A stretch of 59,123 nucleotides of DNA, filler included, from Sphacelaria rigidula (Eukaryota): assembly GCA_964200075.2 (NCBI GenBank). It is 9 parts of 9 records of this genome, joined end to end, with 100 filler letters (N's around TTAATTAATTAA, not from the genome) between each part and the next. Parts side by side here need not be neighbours in the genome. Positions count along the whole stretch, not along the records: positions 46,064 to 52,543 come from CAXNAA020019828.1; positions 52,644 to 59,123 come from CAXNAA020019829.1; 7 more parts are not named here. One strand, given 5' to 3'. Below the pieces are notes generated by a model that was not told the origin of the DNA, did not search any database, and saw only the letters and a program-made list of their open reading frames with translations. A program made the translations under genes and the position numbers. Shown here in pieces: positions 51,301-59,123 of the stretch; positions within the stretch are counted from its first letter, which is position 1, and the number at the start of each line of letters is the position of its first letter.

Positions 51301-52400
51301 TCCTTGGCTATAGATTCATGCTCCTGCGTAAACTCAAAACTCACCCCTTTTCAGCAACTGCGTAAGAGGTCTGAGTCTTGCAGCCATCCGCGGAATGATT
51401 TTCCGGTAGAACCCCAAACCTCCCAACAATGATCTGAGCTGAGATACATCAGACGGCATTGGCATCTTGGTGAGAGCCTGTACCTTCTCCTGATCCGGAG
51501 GAATCCCATCGGCAGAGATGTGATGTCCCAAAATTTTAGTTTCTCTCGTCCTCACGTGTGCCTTATTTGATGCCAACTTCAGGTTGTACTTGGTCAGTCG
51601 CTGAAAAAGACCTTCCAAGTCCTCCACATGTTGTCCCCCTGTTCCGCTGAAAGTGCACACATCGTTAATATATAGGCGACATCGTGCTAAATCATCACAT
51701 ATTGTTGGCATGATAGACTGACTGGAACCACCCTGGACTTTCGCTGCATCCCATAGGCATGGTCAACCATTCATATAGACTACTCTGCGTGCAAACCGCC
51801 GTTAAGAGAATTGAGTCCTGGTGTATAGCTACGTTAGGATAACCAGAGGTGATGTACAAACATGAAAATATTTTGGCACCCCCCAATTCATCCAGGAGAT
51901 TCTCAATAATTGGGATTGAAAACACCGGAATTATCGTACTCTCATTGAGCTTGTTGTAGTTACATGCAATCCGAATGGACCCATCCGCTGCGTCCACATC
52001 TACGAGCGGGCTACTCCGATTGGAATATGATCTCCTCAAAATGCCGGCTGCCAACATGCGATCTATTTCCCCTTGTACTTTCTTTTGGACCGCCGGGTTG
52101 TGACGATACTGGCGCTGTTTTACGGGCCTCATCCTCGTTTTGAGTTCAATCATAAACGGATCCACAGTACAATACCCCAAATCCATCTTGTCCTTGGAAA
52201 ATTGATGTGAATATATGCACAAAAGTTCCCCCAAATTCTTGATGTCATTAACTGTCCAACGCGCACCTTATAGCCTCTGCCAGACGATCTGGACAAGAGG
52301 GCTATTCAGTGAGGGACTTCTACAGAATCCACTGGCCTCACGCTCGATAAGAACTTCTCTTAGAGCATCCATTCGATGCGACCTGTACCTTCAGGCATAG
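48400..52400 (-). mobile_element. pol: Degenerate Ty3/gypsy LTR-retrotransposon pol (RT-RH-INT-chromodomain); gag/5' LTR cut by the contig end
   Basis: RT: PVKQRQYRHNP, SSPLV, LYEWLTMPMG, LYINDV; RH: LTTDASLDGL, SVSELEAAAIVWAIKK, YTDHQPL, NANADMLSR; INT zinc region: HKEAIHLG...YWWIGMK; RT-RH-INT order is gypsy. Confidence 0.92.
48826..49836 (-). CDS. Integrase C-terminal part with GPY motif and a chromodomain-like region
   Basis: APNEVHIGRYPRIP, KLSHSWKGPYKIL, IVSHRLSRG..QYFLYWEHQERSRWEHEEEV. Confidence 0.8.
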   Translation of the reverse strand: MLLHAISADSNYVRKGISLAPNEVHIGRYPRIPMTILEKRGASGHQGLKADQLEYLQLMKDRQTTAYNLVRQEYCLLKSKHESKNELVEKALNRRTKWEVGNWVFVHDTKGTIMSDGSAVRDGGNTYLSSKLSHSWKGPYKILVVGPGLLRKGEVVGERILLPELRKNEPGVIMSPRVSVLRCKRCYDPKDDPKPPKSLSWGLSEYVLNQYSELSPSLPLTEEDVSVELDKYRLEPTTIVSHRLSRGLGGKLAAQYFLYWEHQERSRWEHEEEVKQYGRVILTYWMGNPKMEKPGNAKYRKYRTNLPRREEARGRGQMFMAKGYERRRNVNDDRNV

Positions 52401-52543
52401 GCTACACAGGAAGGGTCATCATCCACAGGATGCCCTTGTCCCCTGGTCATCATCCAGGATCCTACATGCTACATTTACTACGCCTTGGTGTATTTTGGCT
52501 ACAGCACCCCCAAAGCGAGTCCAAGACAAACGAACGAGCTTGA

Positions 52544-52643
52544 NNNNNNNNNNNNNNNNNNNNNNNNNNNNNNNNNNNNNNNNNNNNTTAATTAATTAAN
52601 NNNNNNNNNNNNNNNNNNNNNNNNNNNNNNNNNNNNNNNNNNN
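52544..52643. other. Artificial contig linker 8
   Basis: 44N-TTAATTAATTAA-44N. Confidence 0.98.
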
Positions 52644-52718
52644 TATACCCCACCCTTTCTCTTTTTGGGCCATTTTTTTACTGAGGTTTTCTCTCCTTGG
52701 GGTCAATTTTTCACCAAT

Positions 52719-53414
52719 CCTAGATGAAAAACCAATTTCGGGAATTTCGGCAATCCGATCGGATCACCAAAATTCCTGGAATTGGTTTTTCATCTAAGAC
52801 CTATGACGATCTAAAGGCAACCGATTATATTATCGTACAGTCAGCGCTGACTGTACGGCAGTCTAATCGGTTGTCTGTAAATCGTCACAAAAGTTAGTCG
52901 TGGGGGTTCGATCCCCGTCACTTTCACTCCGAAGAGGGCGACTGCCCTTGCCAGCGCTGTTCAACTGTTCGCGCTCACGGTATCGGTCTAATGTTGCCAC
53001 ACGTACCCATTCGAAGTTACTCGTCTCCCCCACTCATTTCCAGAGTGTGCGCACTGTGGTCCCTAGCAGTCAACTCGGGGATTGGACTATCCTCCATCAC
53101 CCTTTTTTTTTCCGGAGGGGTGGGGTTCCCCTCTTTTTCTTCAAAGAAATTGCGTCCGACGGGAATCGGACCAGCGACTAACTTTTGTGACGAGGTAGTC
53201 TAATCGGTTGCCTGTAAATCGTCACAGACCCCAACATTTCGGTTATCTAATCCTAAGCTTGTAATGCGTGTAGCAGTTATCAATGGCTGCCAGTAGGTGG
53301 GGGGATGGAGCCATAATATGTGGAAGATTCGGTGCGGATACTAAGATTTTAGTTCTCTGGGTTCTCATCCTCAATGAAAAGCTCCATCCTCAATTTCGAT
53401 GATCGGCTGTTTAC
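52719..53414. mobile_element. Foldback family A, copy 3 (left arm mostly lost), interrupted by a nested insertion
   Basis: centre aatccgatcggatc at ~52752-52765; the right arm resumes at 53227 and ends ggctgtttac. Confidence 0.82.
52802..53226. mobile_element. 425-bp nested insertion with ~26-bp TIRs, a 4-bp TSD (GACC) and tRNA-like A/B boxes
   Basis: GACC|tatgacgatctaaaggcaaccgatta ... taatcggttgcctgtaaatcgtcaca|GACC; the empty site in copy 1 reads ctaggaccccaac. Confidence 0.8.
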
Positions 53415-53789
53415 ACCCTAATTGCCCTACAACACAGAATATTTTTCGTACGGGAAAAAATACAACGCGGCGGGATGAAGATTGCACTCTAGTTCGGAAC
53501 AATATTTTCACATGGGAAGGAACTGAAGTCGATCCTGTATTGAATATTGCAGGCGGTACCGGGTACTAGTTTCGACACTATATGTAACCGAGACAGAACT
53601 CAGTTCGTTCCCACCGAGGGACATTTGATTCCCCCCTTTTTTGAGGATCCCGTGCTGTCAAACGCGTGCCTTCATAAGCCATCAGTTGTACGCGCTCACC
53701 ACCTTCCATGAAGGGGTACGATGTGTGCTCGTACACACGCGGCCATTCGGCTAATCCCCAAAATACTCTGTTGCGGTCAATTTTTCGAG

Positions 53790-54053
53790 CCTCCAGAGGA
53801 ATTCGACGCCTCCAGAGAGTACGCGGCCCTCCAGAGGGGCTGGATCAAACGCCTCCAGAGGTTTGTTTTGCCTCTGGAGGGCCGCGCATCCCCCGGAGGA
53901 ATTTGAAGGATGCACGACCCTCCAGAGCATCATATTTTTTGTTAATCTTGAGGGATTCACATCTCAGAAGTCACGGGAGCAGCATCAGATGCCCTACAGT
54001 GGATTCGTTCATGACCGCAGCTGGGGATGAAATACCCTCTAGAGGGTATTTCA
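53790..54053. repeat. Array of CCTCYRGAGG quasi-palindromes plus a perfect 26-bp palindrome
   Basis: motif at 53790, 53809, 53828, 53852, 53871, ~53891 and 53919; tgaaataccctctagagggtatttca at 54028-54053. Confidence 0.75.
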
Positions 54054-56053
54054 CCCGCGAGAGGATGAAAGTCGCGATAGAGGACCGACCTTCAAGGGGG
54101 TAGCCGAATGGCCGCGTGTGTATCGCTCCCACAGCCGCAAAGGGATCTAGATGCTATTCAGCTGCGACTTGAGAATGAAGAAGAAGAATTGTCAAGTAAC
54201 CTGCGAGCATTAGAGAGTTTTGGAGACGCAGTCTTGCTCTGTCAGAGTAGATTTCGTTAGCGTGAATATGTCATGAACCTGACATCTATCTCCGAAAACC
54301 CGCAATGAAGAAATCATCTTGGAAAATGAGGTCGGACATTAAAATGACGTAACTCTCGAAAACTGTGCTTATTTTCTTGACCAAATTTCATCAGTTTCAT
54401 ATATATGATGGAGGGCCTCATGCCCACCAACCTCTCTAAAATAAACAACTCTGGGGGTTTCCCGTCTTCTTCCGTTTCCTCAAAGTGTTTGTCCGAAAGT
54501 ACACTCTTGCCTCGATCTCGGGGTAAAAAAAGGACGCTTTTAGCCCGAAAATGGTGCTTTTGCACAAATCCCTTGCGAGAACGCAAGACGGGAAACTCCC
54601 GAAAATAGTTTCAGGGAGGTCGAGGAGCATGATAAGCAGGCCGTCCATATGAAACTTATTTGTCGTGTCATCACTTCAGGTCAGGAGAAGCACCGTTGTA
54701 ATGGAGTTCAACACAATTTTAGATTTCAACGTCATCTCCGATGATGTCTTCATGCCTTTCTCAGCATTTTGGGTGTCGCATGCGTTGTGTGAAATTGATG
54801 GAGTCATGCGACGGTAGCTCTCCCCGGAGAGTGTCTCGGGGACTAAGGTAAAATCTTCATATATGTGCTGAGGTGTTGAATCATGGTTCATGCATGAGAC
54901 GGGCAATCTTAAAAATGAACTCCAAAACGACCTGATATCTGAAACGAGGTACTATATTATGCATTCTTTAAAATAAACAGGAAGGCTTGGCTTCTGAAAC
55001 GAGGTGTTTCTCGTGACAGTTTTCTCTACATTTTGGGGCACCGGGGGATTATCGAACGATTCACTCCGACGGGTCAAATATTGTTAAAAGTTATGCCGAA
55101 AAGAAAGCTCTTTTTGCAAAAGAGCATGATGCCGATGACCGGCTTCACGTGACGTAAATCACAGCCTTACCGTGTATGTATGCCAGTAGCGGTCCCCTCG
55201 TAAGAAACGAGGTTTTAAGGAAGACAGGCTGAGATTTCCAAGAAATTAAAAAGCGTTCAGCCTCAGCGATGACCCTTACACTTCGGAGTCCAATACAGTA
55301 AACCGCACCAGATGAGAAGTTCAGGCTGGGCCTAACGTTCAGTTAGTTCCTTATGCGCGGGCCTCTATTGTATACGCACAGTCAGCAATCCCAACCCTAA
55401 TCGACGAAACATGTGGCCCTGGGTATACCGTAATTACTCCCCGTCCGTCCTCTTCCCCGCGACCGCTTCGCCCCACAAAATATTTCACGCCTTGTTCCAG
55501 TATGTTTGGGTCTCCCACACTCCTTGACTACTTGTACAAGACGCACTCCCTACAGGCAGCAATCTCCATCCTCTCAAGCCATCGGTCCAACAGCAAATAT
55601 GTAGCTCACTTTTGAGATAAGATTGCTGGAAATGTACAGCCAAACACTTCATCAACGCTTTCTGGCGTCTATGGCGATTGACGTTTTTTCGATATTTCTG
55701 GGTTCTCCCTCAAACAATTGTGGCTACCAGAGCTGGCCTGGATCCTGCAGGCTAGATCGATCTAGCATCGGTGGCGTAATGGCTCGCCCTCACTGCCTCC
55801 CAGCCCACTCTTCCCCACTCCATCCGTCTCCACACCCAGCCATTTTTTGGCATCATACTATCTTCACAGCGAAGGCGACCAACGCCAAGGGGGTATTTAA
55901 TCGTCGTGGTTTAGTTGTTGTTGAGTTGATCGTATATAACTCCTCTTGCACGAACAAACGTAGCATCGGTACATCATGGCATCCTGCAGCCGCGGCAAAC
56001 GACATGTCGTCAGCAAGGTCGGTACCCTCCCCACGAAGAACTCCTCGGCGGCT

Positions 56054-56353
56054 ATGTGCCATCTCGCTCTGGCAGTGGCCCTTTTTCTTTCACCGCCGGC
56101 AGCCACCGCCACTGTCTTTCAGGTCTCCCCAGAAGGTTCACCCTACTCCATCGCCGGAGCTCTGACCGAAGCGGGACCAGGGGACGTCGTATCTCTCGCT
56201 GACGGCATCTACGACGAGCCAATCGTAACGATGGCAGGGGGTGTGGAGGGAAGCCCTCTAGTAATAGAAGGGGGGCGTGGGGCCGTGATCAACGGCGCAT
56301 CTGGGGACATGCACAAGGCGGTCTTTGTGCAGCACTCGTGGGTCACGCTACAG
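56054..56353 (+). CDS. Exon 1 of a secreted right-handed parallel beta-helix (pectin-lyase-fold) protein
   Basis: signal peptide MCHLALAVALFLSPPAATA; SIAGALTEAGPGDVVSLADGIY...GVEGSPLVIEGGRGAVING..VFVQHSWVTLQ is the typical N-terminal cap of beta-helix proteins; donor CAG|GTGAAA; alternative in-frame ATG at 55976. Confidence 0.8.
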
Positions 56354-59123
56354 GTGAAAGCAGTGTCGTTGGTCTTGCGTACTAATCGGTACACGGTAGG
56401 ACTCCAAGCGATGTTTCACACAGTTAGTTTAACGTTGTGTGGTTCATGGAGAATATCCTGGCATATACAAGGTGGTGAGCTGTGCTGTGCTCTGCTGACT
56501 GCTATGCCCGATCGACTGCCAGTCTGCGTTGTGCATCTGCGGCGGTGAACGTATACATATATGTGCGGTGGTGAACGTATGTTATTCGTGGTATCCTGGT
56601 CCTTGATTCTTTGCTCTAGAATACACCCCGCGTTCTTCCCTGCAAGCGTACGCCCTGTCTGTGTACTCGCCACACAAGTGCACCCAGATATCGCCTCGGA
56701 GAGCATTTCTAGTTGCCATTTCCACTTGCTTGACAACAGCCGGTCGGCTATTGCCTTTTGTTGCACCGTTGTAGTGCACCGGGCAGTTTGGGATCACCGC
56801 GGGATGTGGAATTTTCCTGGAAAACTCATATCGGCATTTCCAAAAAATATCGGAAGGCCTGTGATGAATTCAACCGCCAGCTGATCTGGGGCAGTTTACG
56901 TGTCCACAAGCAGTACTCCGTATAGCGTATACCCTCGACAAATATTCATTTTGTACCGGTGCTTTTTCTGTTCAGATCCGGCGAGCGGATATGCGCGAAG
57001 CCCCTCTAATTCCACCCAGACAAATTTGTTCCTTGACAGCCTCACGTCCTAGAATCTTCGAATACTTTTGCAGCACCACCACGATGTTGTCCATCGCAGC
57101 TTTTTGTTCCCATCGAGTTGAAGTAAAGCCCCGGGGTTTTCTTGAAGAGCGCCGATGTCTAGTAAAACAGAAGAGAGTGGTACTTACGAAAGTGTGGGCC
57201 AACTCCTTTTTCAGCGGCATGAAATGACCTGTCTCCATTGTTCCGGAAGGCTTCGCTCGTTCGTTACTATGCTACACACACCACACACGTACTTACGCTC
57301 AGAGCGTGTCTTACAATATTCTTTTTGCCTTTGAACGAGCCAGTGCGGCGGAATTGATTCGATCGAATCCCTTCGTTTAGCGATCCTTCAGTAGCTGTAA
57401 AGTATTGGCAGTATATTTATGGTTGAAAACATGATAAGTTGATTCTGGACTTGAGAAAGTTCTGAGAAAAGTTATGGTTTGGGGAATGTGAGCAGTGGAC
57501 CCCAGCTCGTCCAGAACGAACGTGTTTTTGTCGAAATCGGCGCCTGCGGCGTCAATTTCAGGTCTGCAAACGCACACTTTGCCTGCGAAAACTTTAGGGC
57601 CCCCTCTGCCCGAGGGCCTCGTACGCCTTGGGTCGGAGTTAGGGTTACAGTAGGGCTACAGAGTAGGGTTGGCGTTTTTGTCACTTCGTTCGAAAAAATC
57701 AATCTTAGATATACGCCCAACAACTTTAGGTCACCACAACTTTCGGTCACCTCCAGCGGTTTCGGATCCGAGCAAATTTGCACGCTTTCGATCGGAAATG
57801 GACTGGAAGTATCAATACAGAGCGTAGAGTACTGTTGTTGACACTGTCTGTCTGTATACAGTATATATATATACATATATATATATATGGGGTGTTTCGT
57901 ACAGGAGGATGTGAAGAAGAAGCGGGCAATGTGCAGTACAGACAACACAGGAGCACTGTCTGTACTCTCTGCGCGCAATATAATGTGAAAGGATTCGAGC
58001 AATGTGCAGTTTGTACTTCCTGTACTGTCCATCAGCGTGTACACAATACTGTCGCCCACCCTCCCACGCACTTCCGTCGCCGACCCCCACCATGACAGAT
58101 ACTCAAGCTTTCGCCGACAAAAGAGAAACACATCATTCCAAGAGGGTGATAGTGTCGGATCCCAATTACTACAATGTATTATGCATCCCTGTGCTCACCT
58201 TGCGGTCTACGCTGCAGGGTTGCGTTGCTAGCTGAGAATGGATTGCGTGGGTTTCGCATGATCCGGTGGGCGGGTGGTATCTCGTGTGGTACTCTGGATG
58301 CATGATAAAACTCAAGTGCCTCTGGTTCTTTTCCACCGCATATTTTCGATCGAACAAGCTAAGCCTTCTGTTTCCCCCCCCACAGGACACGCTCAACTAA
58401 TTGCAGACATGACTGGCAGACTCCTGGGAACATGAATGACGTGGACGTATTTGATACATTTTTTGCCTTTCCATCGCACTGTTTCCGGGGGATCGTTTTT
58501 TATAGGACACGTCTCTCACACATGGCCGCTCCTTACAACAGACAAAAATAAAAATCTGGAAAAGTACCTTTTGAGGGGCTTTTCTACATTGTTTCACACC
58601 CCAAAAAAAGAGCTGGGCAGAGTATGATACCTTGGAATGACTTGCTCCACGAGTTGAGGCGGTTCCAAGACAGCTTCCCGTTTTTCGGTGACCGCAGTTT
58701 CTATTTTGGCGAAACAACGATTTTTGTCAAAGATCGGTGAAAAACAGTCAAATCCAGACAAAAGAGGCGATTTTCTGTAGATTCGACTGTTTTGTACCGA
58801 TCTTGAACAAAGAATACTTTGTTGTTTGGCCAAAATAGAAACTGCGGCCACCGAAAAACGTGAAGATGTCCTGGAACAGCCTCAACTCGTAGAGCAAGTT
58901 ATTCCAAGGTGTGAGACTCCGCCTAGCTCTCTTACAGGGCGTAAAACGACGTGAAAACTCCAAAAATGCACTTTTGCAAACTTCCATTTTTAACACTATA
59001 TTCGTAAGGTTCAGAAGCTAGTTTCAGATTCAGAGTGAGACCCGAAACATTCGACTTTCCCGTCGATTTTGACATCGCCACAGTTCGAGGAGTAATGCGC
59101 CCAGCTGGTGAAGCGGTGGCTTC

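Noticed and set aside
15866..56353. Aminotransferase plus beta-helix protein as a polysaccharide gene cluster
   Set aside because: They lie on different, unlinked contigs.
1..59123. Endogenous phaeovirus or other NCLDV segment
   Set aside because: No dense intronless ORFs and no capsid, polymerase or packaging ATPase motifs seen.

Overview
Repeat-rich eukaryotic nuclear DNA, most consistent with a brown alga (Phaeophyceae, stramenopile). This assignment is inferred from GT-AG introns, bipartite plastid-targeting leaders, Ngaro/DIRS-type and Ty3/gypsy elements, (CTG)n tracts and TTAGGG repeats. The window is not one locus. It is nine contigs of 6481, 6481, 6481 and 6 x 6480 bp, joined by identical 100-bp linkers (44N-TTAATTAATTAA-44N), i.e. 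a size-sorted pseudo-molecule of unplaced contigs, so no synteny can be read across linkers. Host gene fragments: exon 1 of a putatively plastid-targeted DegT/DnrJ/EryC1/StrS aminotransferase, head-to-head with a second gene carrying a plastid-type leader; a PPxY-rich acidic disordered ORF; exon 1 of a secreted pectin-lyase-fold (beta-helix) protein; and one candidate orphan exon. Mobile DNA: a decayed tyrosine-recombinase retrotransposon (gag-CCCH/RT/RH/YR), a related gag, a decayed chromodomain Ty3/gypsy pol, tRNA-derived SINEs, piggyBac-like and other MITEs, and a ~450-bp foldback family whose arms co-vary. One foldback copy carries a nested element built from tRNA-like heads. I found no intact novel multi-gene system. 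The most unusual signals are non-coding hairpin architectures and the bacterial-type aminotransferase locus. All alignments and counts were done by eye.
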